Part shown: piece by piece, positions 28,470 through 38,963 of the stretch
Layout of the letters: each line of letters begins with the position of its first letter
Position numbering within the stretch: the stretch's first letter is position 1
Origin: Diplonema japonicum
Taxonomy: Eukaryota > Protista > Euglenozoa: Diplonemea
Reading direction: 5' to 3'
Assembly (NCBI GenBank): GCA_964019335.1
Contig: OZ025663.1
Coordinates: 372,001-436,000, forward strand
DNA length: 64,000 nt
Program-made: the position numbers and the translations under genes
Notes under the pieces: model-generated
Databases searched by the model: none
Told to the model about the DNA's origin: nothing
The model's input: only the letters and a program-made list of their open reading frames with translations

Positions 28470-29924
28470 ATGGCGAAAAAGAAATTCGTAAACCCTTCCC
28501 CGAAACCCAAAGAAGGCGACCGGCAAGGATGGGACAGAAGCTACAAGGTGATGCTGGAGGACTTCCTGAGCAATTTCATAAGAGCTTTGGTACGGGAGGG
28601 CGGGGAAAAAAAAGAAGGGGAAAACAAAACAAAAAAAAAAAACTTACAGCTCCTTTTTATATTGCTCACGATGCTCAGGCTTGCTGTGGAGAGCTTGGTT
28701 GGTAACACGAGCCCGACAAACGGGCAGCAGGGCGAATGCCACTCCGAGGACGAGAGGATGTCTGTAAGATTGTCATACAAAAGTATCCTCAAAAAAAATC
28801 CCTTCCAACACATGAACACAGTGGCCATGGCGCACCGCGATGCAGGCCTCGTAGGCCGCGCACTTGACTACTACGATGTTGTCATATCACAGATAAAGAA
28901 CTCCACGTTAGCCAGGGACCAGCTCATCCTTTCCGAATCATTATTGAACAAAGGCTCGCTTCTCTTGGCTTACGTGGGGAAGGTGGCAAGGCTGGACCTC
29001 CGTGCCAGCACGCTGGCCTACGACAATGGCCAGTCCGTCAAAGAAACAGTAGGCATCGCAAGGTGGGTTAAAGGCGAGCTTAAAATATTCGGCAGAGACG
29101 GTGAAATCGGCATCCCCCGAGGCGGCCATGAATCATATGCCCACCTCCACCCTGGAAGGCTAGTAGATGAAGCGATTTACACATTATCAAAAGCTGCCAA
29201 GCTTGGCACAACTAAAAAGGATAAAGGCACCGATCTATCCGTAAACCTTGGGCTTGCCGTTCTGGTGTCTCAAGCCTTGGCTCACGACTCCGCATCTGTA
29301 GAGGTCGTGCAAGATGTGAAGATTTCCTTTGAAAAACTTGCTTCAGAGGACCCAACTTGCACACATTTAGTAGAAATGATACAAGCGGTGCTTACCTCTG
29401 ACGAAGATCTGGCTACTGCGCTGTACAAAGAGCTCTCAGGAGACGGGTTTCTAAGCAAGGTTCGAGGCTTGGGCTCATTTCTCAAAAACATCGAGAAAAA
29501 GGAAGATCCCGAATGGGCTGCCATCGCATCGTTAGATGACCCTGTTACGCGTCTCTTAGACCTTGACCAGTGCACTGTGCACGCTGACCCTGCAACGGGA
29601 GTGAAGGCAGCGAGCAAGCAACGGGAGTCATTCCACCATTGGCTGCCACAGTCGAGTCATTTGAACCAAATCTCGATTCTTTCAACGGAGTCCAAAGAAG
29701 ATGAGAACGCCGACATCATCTTCGTGGGGAAGAAGAAATACTTCATCGAGGCCAGGTCTTCACACAGGATGCGGGTATGGGGAAAAAGAAAAAAAAAAAA
29801 AAAAAAAAAGGGCCTATACACATCGCAAGAGGTACCGGTTGAGATGTCCTTCTCTGATGACTCTCCTGGCGTACCGCAGGAGGCCATCGAGCTTTCCAGA
29901 GACTGGCGGGGGCTGCATCGGTAG
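28470..29924 (+). CDS. Single-pass membrane protein with TPR-like helices; exons 28470-28589, 28650-28782, 28822-29774, 29811-29924
   Basis: Removing three in-frame introns creates a continuous TM (FIRAL|LLFILLTMLRLAV), creates a TPR-like segment (LSYK|MAMAHRDAGLVGRALDYY), and removes two poly-Lys inserts. Confidence 0.7.
   Translation: MAKKKFVNPSPKPKEGDRQGWDRSYKVMLEDFLSNFIRALVREGGEKKEGENKTKKKNLQLLFILLTMLRLAVESLVGNTSPTNGQQGECHSEDERMSVRLSYKSILKKNPFQHMNTVAMAHRDAGLVGRALDYYDVVISQIKNSTLARDQLILSESLLNKGSLLLAYVGKVARLDLRASTLAYDNGQSVKETVGIARWVKGELKIFGRDGEIGIPRGGHESYAHLHPGRLVDEAIYTLSKAAKLGTTKKDKGTDLSVNLGLAVLVSQALAHDSASVEVVQDVKISFEKLASEDPTCTHLVEMIQAVLTSDEDLATALYKELSGDGFLSKVRGLGSFLKNIEKKEDPEWAAIASLDDPVTRLLDLDQCTVHADPATGVKAASKQRESFHHWLPQSSHLNQISILSTESKEDENADIIFVGKKKYFIEARSSHRMRVWGKRKKKKKKKGLYTSQEVPVEMSFSDDSPGVPQEAIELSRDWRGLHR
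28590..28649 (+). other. Spliceosomal intron, 60 nt, phase 0, in-frame and stop-free, purine-rich
   Basis: TTG|GTACGG...(A)nCTTACAG|CTC; interrupts a hydrophobic TM segment. Confidence 0.8.
28783..28821 (+). other. Probable spliceosomal intron, 39 nt, phase 1, in-frame and stop-free
   Basis: A|GTATCCTC(A)8...AACACAG|TG. Confidence 0.55.
29775..29810 (+). other. Spliceosomal intron, 36 nt, phase 0, in-frame, all purine after +4
   Basis: CGG|GTATGGGGAAAAAG(A)21G|GGC; would translate as VWGKRKKKKKKK if retained. Confidence 0.75.
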
Positions 29925-30186
29925 TTAAATTAGTAAATTGATGATAGATCGTGTGACGGGTACCCGCCGCGATTTATATTCGTGCGTGGGATAAATGAGT
30001 TTCTTTTTTCTTCTTTTTTCTTTTTTTTTCAGGCAATCTTTTAGTCTCCTTTCCTATGTTCTCGGTGCCTACAGGACTCAGCCTTCCCTCTTTTTTTTTT
30101 TTTTTTAAAGTACCTTTATACCATTTACTATCTCACAGGAAGGAGGAAATTAAAAAAAAAAAAAAAAAAGAGAGAGAGAAAATAAA

Positions 30187-30912
30187 ATGTCCGACAAAGC
30201 AGTCGACTCCGACAAAACGGAGCAGAGCACGAAGAGCGTTGCATCAAACATCCTTCCCACACAAGGACGGGCTGTGGGGCAGGGTGGGAGGGATGCTGAG
30301 GAGTATCAACCTTTGAAGAAAAAGAGAAAAATGAGCTTGTTTGTAAAACCGGGTCTGTACGACCCAGGGCTGGAAAGAGGGGTGGTGGCAAGCGGCGGTT
30401 GGAGCTACGACCCGCAGAACTCACTAGGGAAATGGGAAAGCAGTTACCTCCCACCAATTGCAGAGGAAGGGAGTAAAGGAAACGTTTTTGCACGAGAGCT
30501 AGAGAGGCACACTTCCGCCATCACGGGCGGCGATCTCCCTCTAATAATACACGATTCCCTTCAACAACTACGGACGCAGCTTCTAGGTGACGATGCCCGG
30601 GACATGGATCTCAATGTTGAAGAAACAAATAAGCAGCAAGGGGAACTCCTCGGGTTCACCCTCCTCGACAACACTTGCGTCACAGTTGCCTCGACAGGAC
30701 CCCTCGAGCGTGGCAACGCTGCAACCCCCGTCACTACTTTCCCTTATACCCCTGCTACCGATCCCGCTTTCCCCGAATGCCCTGGCGTCAACACCCAGCT
30801 CCATTTAATGGAGGACAAAGCCTCCCGCGGCCAGCTGAAGGGCTACGAAGAGTGTATGCAAAGCATGCAAAGCAAAGCCCGGTTCATGAGGAAACAATGG
30901 GCTAAATACTGA
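30187..30912 (+). CDS. Hypothetical protein, 241 aa, with a basic NLS-like patch (PLKKKRK)
   Basis: ATG in an A-rich context, coding-like composition. Confidence 0.7.
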   Translation: MSDKAVDSDKTEQSTKSVASNILPTQGRAVGQGGRDAEEYQPLKKKRKMSLFVKPGLYDPGLERGVVASGGWSYDPQNSLGKWESSYLPPIAEEGSKGNVFARELERHTSAITGGDLPLIIHDSLQQLRTQLLGDDARDMDLNVEETNKQQGELLGFTLLDNTCVTVASTGPLERGNAATPVTTFPYTPATDPAFPECPGVNTQLHLMEDKASRGQLKGYEECMQSMQSKARFMRKQWAKY

Positions 30913-31015
30913 TTTTTTTTTATTGTAGTGTGATCGATTATTGTTCTTTTTTTTTTTTTTTTCGAGCGACAGAAGAAGAAAAAAAACTGAAAATAGAAGG
31001 GGGGGGGGGAGAAAA

Positions 31016-32986
31016 ATGGTGATCAGCTTCGGTACTGCGGACCTCCGCAGAAGCGCAGGAAAGCCTGCTAGGTCAATGCACAGAAGGCCGTCGTTTAAAA
31101 AACTGGGAATCTTCAGTGAAAAAGAAAAGGTGGAGAGAGTCAACACGGAAGTGAAAGCATGGGCGGAGGACGCCGTGAGGTCTGGAATGGTGAAAACACG
31201 GTGTGGAAGGAACGGGGTCGACCCAGCACAGTGTGGGGACCTCTCTTTTTACACCAAAGCCGCGTTAGTAAAGCGGGTTCAGTTAAAAGGGGCAAGGACA
31301 GTTCAGAAGGCAATCAATCTTCTATGGTCGGTGCTCCCGAAGCAGCGAGGCGCCATATCTAAAGAAACGTACCTTCTGGTCTTCAACTGCGTGGCTGAGA
31401 AGGTTTTGAAAGGAAGGCCGCGAACGGCAAAACAGATGGAAGCCGACTGGAGCTACGATGCAGGTCTGGGCAGAAAGACGATGGACGCAACGACGTTCTG
31501 CAATGCAGTCTTCGACATGGTGGATACCTGGTGTGGGGTGATGAAGGAAACGGACTACGCGGAGCTAGCTTCGAACTGTGCTCACGTTGTTCACAAGGAA
31601 CTGTATCCAGATGCATGGGAGCGTTGCGTTGACGGTGAGTGGGTTGCCTTCAAGACGGAAGAGCTCCCTGACATTGACACTGCCGCGTCAAAGACGGCAG
31701 CTGTGATCACTATGGACTTGGATGGCGTGCCTTCTGTGGTAGATGTTGCTGCTAGGCAGTGGTACTCCCTTACAACCACCGCCCGTGGTAGGATCCGATC
31801 TTCGCACGACCCCCCCATCACCCGACCGCTCTCCCTTTCCCTCACCACCCCCCCCTCCTCTATCTCCCGCCCCGCCCACTCCCCCCGTCACCGCCACCGC
31901 CCCTCCCGCTCATCCCAACTCCAAATCACTTACCAGCAGTCCCTCCCCTACGACACAGGCCTCCGTCCTGCCAACTTCGACACTTCTTTGCTTTTTGAGC
32001 AGAGCAACGTGCTCACTATTGAAGCCCCGCTCCTTCCAGTCGTCAACTGCGAAAGCGAACCCCCGAAAGCCATTACATACAGATGGTTAGGGAAGGACCC
32101 CATGCATCTGCACACAAAGAGGCCATCGGCAGAACGGATCGCACGAGAGGCTGTAATGAGAACGCCTGCAGAGACGCGGCGGATATGCAGCAAGGCAACG
32201 TCGAACTGGAAGGACATGAAGTGGGCGGAGAAGTTGAGGGTGATGAAGAAGTACAAGATGGCAGAGGAAGAAATACGGGCGGGGGCAGTGGTGAGCGAGG
32301 CCATGTGCCCGTTGGGGGAGCTGGAGGTGTACTTTTCATCTGTGCCCGTGATGCCTGCTGTACCTCCGCCGTTGGTGAGGTTTTGGAACAGGCCAACGAC
32401 GGCACCGGTTGAGAAGCAGGAGAGGGGTATACTGGGGCCAAGTATGGTCACCTCTATGACAGAGGCCGAGAACAATGGCAGGTGCTCAATCCAGCCACGG
32501 ACGGAGAAGAGCCCTGCGAGCCAATCGCTGCAGATGTCAGTGTCATCGGAAGTGCCCAGCACTGTGCACTCCAACAATCATGGGACAGTGGAAATGATCC
32601 CCGTCCCTTCCTTGGTGATTTACAAAACTCAGGAGCCAGTCTTCAGTGACGCTGTCAATGCAGCATTATGTGTCGCAGTTGTCGCCTGCGTGAGACTCTT
32701 GCGTTCCACGCACTTCCCACGCGCTCCTCTCCGCCTCAAGACCCAACGCCCCACAATCCCTTATTGGAAAATCATCGGAAAACCACAGCCCGCCACTGAG
32801 GCGATCAAACTTAACCCTAAGATCTGGGATATCGACAACGAGGTGCATGACTTGCACCACACCCTCACCGACCCCGCTCTCGTGGGCTGCTCCCACTTAG
32901 AACCCCCTGTTAGAGTTAACCCTATAAAAAAGAAATGTGATGTATTGCTTGAAGGAGCACTCTGTCGACCTGTCACCTGGTCATGA
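31016..32986 (+). CDS. Protein with an EF-hand-like region and a WWE-like domain
   Basis: LW..GAISKETY..DWSYD...TMDATTFCNAVFDMVDTW is EF-hand-like. WERCVDGEWVAF..VVDV..RGRIR is WWE-like. ATG at 31016. Confidence 0.65.
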   Translation: MVISFGTADLRRSAGKPARSMHRRPSFKKLGIFSEKEKVERVNTEVKAWAEDAVRSGMVKTRCGRNGVDPAQCGDLSFYTKAALVKRVQLKGARTVQKAINLLWSVLPKQRGAISKETYLLVFNCVAEKVLKGRPRTAKQMEADWSYDAGLGRKTMDATTFCNAVFDMVDTWCGVMKETDYAELASNCAHVVHKELYPDAWERCVDGEWVAFKTEELPDIDTAASKTAAVITMDLDGVPSVVDVAARQWYSLTTTARGRIRSSHDPPITRPLSLSLTTPPSSISRPAHSPRHRHRPSRSSQLQITYQQSLPYDTGLRPANFDTSLLFEQSNVLTIEAPLLPVVNCESEPPKAITYRWLGKDPMHLHTKRPSAERIAREAVMRTPAETRRICSKATSNWKDMKWAEKLRVMKKYKMAEEEIRAGAVVSEAMCPLGELEVYFSSVPVMPAVPPPLVRFWNRPTTAPVEKQERGILGPSMVTSMTEAENNGRCSIQPRTEKSPASQSLQMSVSSEVPSTVHSNNHGTVEMIPVPSLVIYKTQEPVFSDAVNAALCVAVVACVRLLRSTHFPRAPLRLKTQRPTIPYWKIIGKPQPATEAIKLNPKIWDIDNEVHDLHHTLTDPALVGCSHLEPPVRVNPIKKKCDVLLEGALCRPVTWS

Positions 32987-33069
32987 CTTTCCAGTACTAA
33001 CCAGGCCGCTACAAATATAACAAACTATATCCTTGTCGTTTATTCTTACATATTATTATCCACAGGGAG

Positions 33070-35678
33070 ATGTTGCTCCGACGAGGCCTGCAGCGGAGAG
33101 GGTACCGGCCAGGTGTAGTGACAATCGGGGAAGGAGGCGCACCCACGCCTCTACCAAAGGTAAAGAGTACTTTAGGGCAGAGCTGGATCCCGTATCAGGA
33201 TGTGGTGAAGAGGAGGGAGGATGACCAAGCTATGACGATGGAGATGTTCAGCGAGATGCTTGAGAAGACAGGTTTGGACGCGATAGAATACGGGCGGATC
33301 AGCAATGAAATCTTTGGGAACAGAAAGCTGTATGTAGCGGTGGGGACCGATCTGGCTAGCGTAGTGATGTTGGGCGTGGCGCAGAAGTGGTTGGAGGCAA
33401 CGCGGCACCCTGTGAAGCTGGTGCCGTTGTCTGTCTCGCTCCCTTTCATCCCAGGCCACCAAGCAGAGCTCAATGTCGTGCGTCAATACTGTGAAGACCG
33501 TGGTCTCTCCCTGCGCATCATCAACCCTTCGGACGACGACTATTCGCAAGTGCACGCTATCTACGGAGCCGTTGACTGGAACACTGTCACCATTGAAGAT
33601 GAGCGTGCCCGGCTGCTCATCCACTGGACCCTCTACTCAAGGGTCAAGCTGGGTGAGAAACACCCTTTCGGCGCCTCCATTCTGTTCGGCACCACAGTCG
33701 ACCGGAACCTCCAGAAAATAGCAGATACTCTCGTCCCCAACGACATCCCCCTCAGCCGCAACAAGACCCCCGCTGAGTTGTGGAACCTTTCCATCGAGGG
33801 AACCCCTACAGAGCTTCCTGTTATTGACACTGTGAACGCCGACTGGAAGCAGGGCCATGTCATGGTCCGCCGCCCGTTCCTCGCCACGACCATCCACCAG
33901 GTCGTCGCAACTGCCGAGCTAAACGGAATCGAGAAACTCGTCCAGCTCCTCCGCGTCCCCCCTCCCGTCTACAGCCGCCTCGACAAGACGCAAAGCCGCG
34001 AGATGCTCCATCTCGTGAAGCGGTGCCATGTCCGCACCCGTGCCATGCGCAAACTCGCTCAGGAGTTCATTAAAAAAAACGTTCGACTCGACTATAAACT
34101 AGGCTGGTCCACCGTCAACCAGGCGGAGGCAAATAGCATCCCAGAGGAAGCTTTTCAGCTTGTTGTAGCTGCTTTGGTTGCCTTTTCCAGCAACGCTGCG
34201 AGGAAGGACTGGTTGAAGGACCCACCGCAGTCTATAAAAGACCTCGTGCCTCTCATTCTTCGCAAGTCGGTGTGGCTGCCTGAAAGCCCTGTAATGCAGG
34301 TGAAGGGGACTGGCGTGGCGATGGTGTACGGGTCGCCATATGACTATGATCTGTCGCAAGAGTGCAGGGTGTTCACTTTCGTGCCAAGCCCTGAAGAAGC
34401 GATGGAACCTGTTGAGTTTTCTGGGTGGGATACAAAGTCGGAGTCCCACGTGCACGAGCCCACACGGTGCGTGGCTGGCACGGTTTATGGAAAATGGCTT
34501 GTTCAGATGTTCACGGGAAGAGATAGAAAGAAACGTGCTGAGGAAGAAGGACGAACATTTTGGGTGACTCGCCTGCGCCCCATCGGTGACGCGTGGTGGA
34601 ACCAGATCGCAAACGGTGCCCGCTTCCAAAAGTACCTCGAGGGTGTGATACACGACCCGAAGATCAACTCAAAAGCACACCCCTCACGGCCAAGCGAGGT
34701 GCTTCTCAGAGACATACCTCTGGTCCTGATGGGGACGTCCGGTTTGGCAGGACCTGAGGACAATCCCGAGGAATACCCCGAAGAAGCGTCGCATCTTATG
34801 ATCGTGGGCTGCCCGCCCTTCGGATACTGGGCACCGCAGATGCGGAACCATGTTTGGCAGGGTGGTGTGCCAGTTATACATAAATGCCCTGGTAATATTT
34901 TGAAACCACAGGTATGTGAGGGGGGGGGGGGGGGGAAGAAGACAATATATCCCAGTGGCTTCTCGACTTCCTACCTGTTCCAGGGTTGCTGGGGCCACTC
35001 TTCGTTCCGCTTGAAAGACAAGTCGCACAACGGGTATGAACATGAAACCCCAAAAGCGAAGCCACCTCCAAACAGATCAAAGCTGCAGAATATCTAACAC
35101 GAAAAGAAGGCAGCAAGATGGAATTCGAAACAGGAGGCATGTCGAGGGAACAGTACAAGAGGTTCAAGACATCTGTGGTGAAGGGGTTGGTCGAGGCGGA
35201 TAAGACACCGACAGCGCAGGAAACGGAAGAGGTCTTCAAGGCCACTCACAAGTCGTTGAAGAAGACCCATAGATTGAAGGTGAACCAGGCAACAGAGCCT
35301 GAGTACGAAATGAGCGATGCCGAGAAGACTGACGAGAGCTTCATTGATGAGCAGATTGTGAGAGAAGAGCCTGAGCTTGAGGAAAAAGAGAGTGTGGCAC
35401 CGGAAGCAAGCGTACCCACAGGAAGTGAGGGCAGTGATAGAAAACGCCCTAACGCCTGGGCAACTATTCGGAATGAGGCCTCTCCTGTCTTGATGGACAC
35501 TAGTGAGCCAGCAGCCGTAAAAAAACTATCCAGTGTATGGCATCGACAAAAAATGAAACCGTTATTTTTTCCCCCGCAGACAAATCAATACCTGAGGAAC
35601 CAAAACTGGCTGCCAGTGAAAAAAGCACGATCGAAGCACAACGAGCGTAGGCGTCCTGCAATCAGCAGCGACGGGTAG
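33070..35678 (+). CDS. Degenerate TilS (tRNA-Ile lysidine synthase)-like protein with probable mitochondrial presequence; exons 33070-34911, 34956-35033, 35076-35534, 35580-35678 (~825 aa)
   Basis: LYVAVGTDLAS sits at the PP-loop position (cf. VAVSGGxDS). Also ELNVVRQYCEDRGLSL, IEDERAR, ILFGTTVD and VRRPFL..VVATAELNGI. N-terminus MLLRRGLQRRGY. Introns join two ORF-track pieces in frame. Confidence 0.6.
34912..34955 (+). other. Spliceosomal intron, 44 nt, phase 0, poly-G
   Basis: CAG|GTATGTGA(G)16...ATCCCAG|TGG. Confidence 0.8.
35034..35075 (+). other. Spliceosomal intron, 42 nt, phase 0 (contains an in-frame TGA)
   Basis: CGG|GTATGA...CCAAACAG|ATC; joins in frame to ORF 35118..35678. Confidence 0.7.
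35535..35579 (+). other. Probable spliceosomal intron, 45 nt, phase 0, in-frame and stop-free
   Basis: AGT|GTATGG...TTTTTTCCCCCGCAG|ACA. Confidence 0.6.
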
Positions 35679-35788
35679 GATGGGGGGAAGGGGGGGCGCT
35701 CGTTATCACATCCATATTCTTCAACACCCGTAGGACCCTTATTTACGCATGGAAATGAGAAAGAACAAGAAAAGAAGAAGAAAAAAAG

Positions 35789-36229
35789 ATGTCGGGTCAG
35801 AACCTAACAGATCTTTGCGGGGACTTGATGAGCGGGCTTCGGCAACATAAGCAAGAGACAGGGAGTGACCCGTGGCCTGCGATGATGGAGGCGAACCACT
35901 CGCAGGGCAAAGAAGCGCTTGAAAGTGATGGGAAGAACCTCGACGAGATCCTTGACAGCTTTGACGACATGGTCGACATGCTGATGGGAGACACGACAGC
36001 CGCGGGCGGAGCTCCGCAAGCGACAGCTGACACTAAAGATGACACACGGGAAGAGTCACTGGAAGACCTCGTTGCGCTGGCCATGAAACAGCTCCGCGAG
36101 ACAGGACTCCCTACCAGCAGCCAAACCACAGCAACAAAGGAAACCGAGGTCACTGTCCAGGACCTCGAGCTGCCTAACGGGGCGCTTGACGAGCTGGATG
36201 CGCTTGGCGATCTTCTTGGCTCCGCGTGA
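35789..36229 (+). CDS. Small acidic helical hypothetical protein, 146 aa
   Basis: ATG after an A-rich leader; D/E/L/M-rich amphipathic segments. Confidence 0.7.
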   Translation: MSGQNLTDLCGDLMSGLRQHKQETGSDPWPAMMEANHSQGKEALESDGKNLDEILDSFDDMVDMLMGDTTAAGGAPQATADTKDDTREESLEDLVALAMKQLRETGLPTSSQTTATKETEVTVQDLELPNGALDELDALGDLLGSA

Positions 36230-36374
36230 CGTATTAGTTTTTAACACGGAAGTTCTAGTTTCTACGGAAGTTTTTTTTTAAAAAAAGAATAGAGGGGGAA
36301 AATAAGTATTTGAAAAGAAAAAGCCTTAGTTCTATTAACGCAACTTCACCAAGGCTGCCCCCTCTGTAGCATAG

Positions 36375-37457
36375 ATGTTCCGCACAGCGAGGTTCCTCCT
36401 CCGCAGCAAGCCCCTGATCGTCAGGACCGACAGCGAGCAGCAGGTTCCACACCTCGTCGCGGGTTTGAAGAGCACGGGCGACCTTGTGGAGCTCCCTGAG
36501 TTCGGGACATCCGAGCAGCAAGTGATCGAGGCGTGCAGGGAGGCGACGCTCATCGTGCACTGCTACACGCCCATCACAAGGAAGGTGATGGAGGCAGCAC
36601 CCAACCTGCGCGGCATCGTGAAGTACGGTGTCGGCATCGACGCCATCGACATGGCGTGCGCCAGGGACATGGGGATCCCGGTGGCCAACGTTCCGGAGTA
36701 CGGTGAGGGGACCGTCGCAGAGGGCGCCTTCACTCTGATGATATGCCTTTTGAAGAAAGTGAAGACAATCCAAAAAGAGATGGAGGCTGGGGGGTGGGCG
36801 TGGCCGAACGAGACAACGCTAGGGAATGACCTCTCCGGGAAGACAGTGGCGATGCTTGGGTACGGGCGTATCGGGCGAAAGATGGCACGCATGTGCCGAG
36901 GGTTCGATGCTGAGGTAGTGAGCTACGACCCGTACGTGCCCCGTGGGGTGATGGCAAGGGATGGGGTCGAGAAGGTGGACAGTTTGGAGCAGCTAGTAGA
37001 ACGCGCGGATGTGCTGTCTGTGCACACGGTGCTCAATGACGAAACACGGGGCATCATCACAAAGCAGCTGATCAAGGGGTTGAAGCAGGACGCAGTGGTA
37101 GTAAACGTGTCACGCGGCGCTATTGTGGACGAGGAAGCTTTGGTGCAGGCTGTTCTCGAAGGCCGTGTAGGTGCGGGTCTTGACGTGTTCAGCAAAGAGC
37201 CCGTTGAAAAGGGCAACGGACACCTTTTCGAGCCTCTCTTGGACCACCCGAATGCGATCCTCACCCCGCACCTCGCCTTCTGGACAGCAGAGGCCCGATC
37301 CCGTCTTGAAAACGAGGCACTGCAGCGTTCCATGGAAATCTTAAACGGCGAAGATCTCACTGTTCTCTCGAAAGATCCCCGTCTCACTTCCCAGATGAAA
37401 AACGTGTCCTTTGGTGGGTTGAGCGTGGCGTCAGGTCGCTATGTACACCCGGAGTGA
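36375..37457 (+). CDS. D-isomer-specific 2-hydroxyacid dehydrogenase (PGDH/CtBP-like) with probable mitochondrial presequence
   Basis: YGVGIDAID, VANVPEY, GYGRIG (NAD binding), VNVSRG, LDVFSKEP and TPHLA (catalytic R/E/H). N-terminus MFRTARFLLRSK. Confidence 0.92.
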   Translation: MFRTARFLLRSKPLIVRTDSEQQVPHLVAGLKSTGDLVELPEFGTSEQQVIEACREATLIVHCYTPITRKVMEAAPNLRGIVKYGVGIDAIDMACARDMGIPVANVPEYGEGTVAEGAFTLMICLLKKVKTIQKEMEAGGWAWPNETTLGNDLSGKTVAMLGYGRIGRKMARMCRGFDAEVVSYDPYVPRGVMARDGVEKVDSLEQLVERADVLSVHTVLNDETRGIITKQLIKGLKQDAVVVNVSRGAIVDEEALVQAVLEGRVGAGLDVFSKEPVEKGNGHLFEPLLDHPNAILTPHLAFWTAEARSRLENEALQRSMEILNGEDLTVLSKDPRLTSQMKNVSFGGLSVASGRYVHPE

Positions 37458-37790
37458 TGTTAAGACATAAAGAAGTACAGGTTGCTGGTTAAAAGACTGT
37501 TTTTTGGTGGGGTCTCTTTGAGCAAAACAATTCGCAACATTGGCTGCCCGTAGCTTTTTTGTCAAGTTCATTCTTTTCTCTTCTTTCTTGACATGTACTC
37601 CTTCCTTTCTTCCCTTCCTCCGCTCCGGAATTAAAAAGAAAAAACTAAAACTCTATGTATTCATCCGTTGACAGATACCACTCGTCATCCAAAACGGTTG
37701 TTTTTTTTTTTTTTTTTTTTTGTGTTGAGTTCAATGCAGAAGTCAATTCAATTTTCCTAAATAGAGAAGAAAAAAAAAAAGAAACCACAA

Positions 37791-38897
37791 ATGGGCGCCC
37801 GTTTCAAAAATATTTTCGAGTTGCATGACGAACAGAACGGACTTCCAGAGGAGGAGAAGGCTGCGCTCGATCGAGTGTGGGCATTGAGGTGCTTCGATGC
37901 ACCGACAGACACCGATGGGTGCAGGGATAGGATACAAGAAATGTTTCAAGGAGTTGAAAGACCCGTGGAACAGGTGGAGAACCAGAGAGTGCTCATGGTG
38001 AGCAGCAAATACCTCAGTGAACCGAGCTACTTCAACGAAGTACGAATGAAGTACCAGCAGGTGAAATCAAGGAAAAAAGAGGGCGGAAGAAGAAATATCA
38101 CTTGCAAGGTTCCTAGCGATTCTTGCGACTTTTGCAGGCTCGAAACAAACACGTCATCTGACACGTTCATCCCAACGAAGCGAATCTCTCGGGAGACGGC
38201 CACGACGTGCTCCAACATTGCGAAGTACGCCCCGTGTCACTCGTGCATCATCTTCAAGGAGCACAACCCCATCCTTGTCGCGACTCTACCGTGCATTGAG
38301 GATCTGCTGAGTATTGCCAATGAATGGGTTTCGCATGCTTGTAAAACACTTCCCGGGCAGTACCCTGTTGTGGGTTGGAACTGTCTTGCAGGCGCGTCAA
38401 TGGAACACGCGCACGCACAGATTATAACGCTCCCCGACAACACCCCATGGATGAACCGTCTTGGGCCCGACCAAGGTGCGGTTATATCCGACTTTATCGT
38501 CGTTGCTAAGCAGCTGGGGATCGCAACGGATGTGGGTGGCGCTGTTATGTTCCCTGTGTTGTCCCCCACCGCCGATTCGGAAATGTGGGTTGTGGGTGAC
38601 AGTGGTGGTCCCGTGCACGAAGTCGTGTCGTTCGGTGACTCGGTGTGCCAGGGTGTGAAGGCCGCGCTTGACGTTATCCTCGAGGTGCACTCGTCTTCAG
38701 CCTTCAACGTGAACATCGCCGTTGCAAAAACACCTCTCTGGCCGTCCGGGGGTGTGACCGTCGCCCGTATTATCGACAGAGGCAATCATTTGTCCATTTC
38801 CCCACAAGGCTTCATGGAGGTCTTCGGAAACGGCATCGTAGGAGGCGTCGACCCCTTCACGCTACACGACAGGATACAACGTGTTGTTCTCAACTAA
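37791..38897 (+). CDS. GalT/HIT-superfamily nucleotidyltransferase-like protein
   Basis: CDFC Zn motif, and WN..AGASMEHAHAQI, which is the GalT-branch HxHxQ motif. Confidence 0.75.
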   Translation: MGARFKNIFELHDEQNGLPEEEKAALDRVWALRCFDAPTDTDGCRDRIQEMFQGVERPVEQVENQRVLMVSSKYLSEPSYFNEVRMKYQQVKSRKKEGGRRNITCKVPSDSCDFCRLETNTSSDTFIPTKRISRETATTCSNIAKYAPCHSCIIFKEHNPILVATLPCIEDLLSIANEWVSHACKTLPGQYPVVGWNCLAGASMEHAHAQIITLPDNTPWMNRLGPDQGAVISDFIVVAKQLGIATDVGGAVMFPVLSPTADSEMWVVGDSGGPVHEVVSFGDSVCQGVKAALDVILEVHSSSAFNVNIAVAKTPLWPSGGVTVARIIDRGNHLSISPQGFMEVFGNGIVGGVDPFTLHDRIQRVVLN

Positions 38898-38963
38898 TCA
38901 TCTCCATTTCCGATTTCTCTCAGAAAAAGAAATACGTAAAAGTATAAATACATAACAGGAAAC

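Noticed and set aside
35789-36229. Pex19-like motif NLDEILDSFDD
   Set aside because: Only a short acidic amphipathic match; no Pex19 C-terminal domain or CaaX box.
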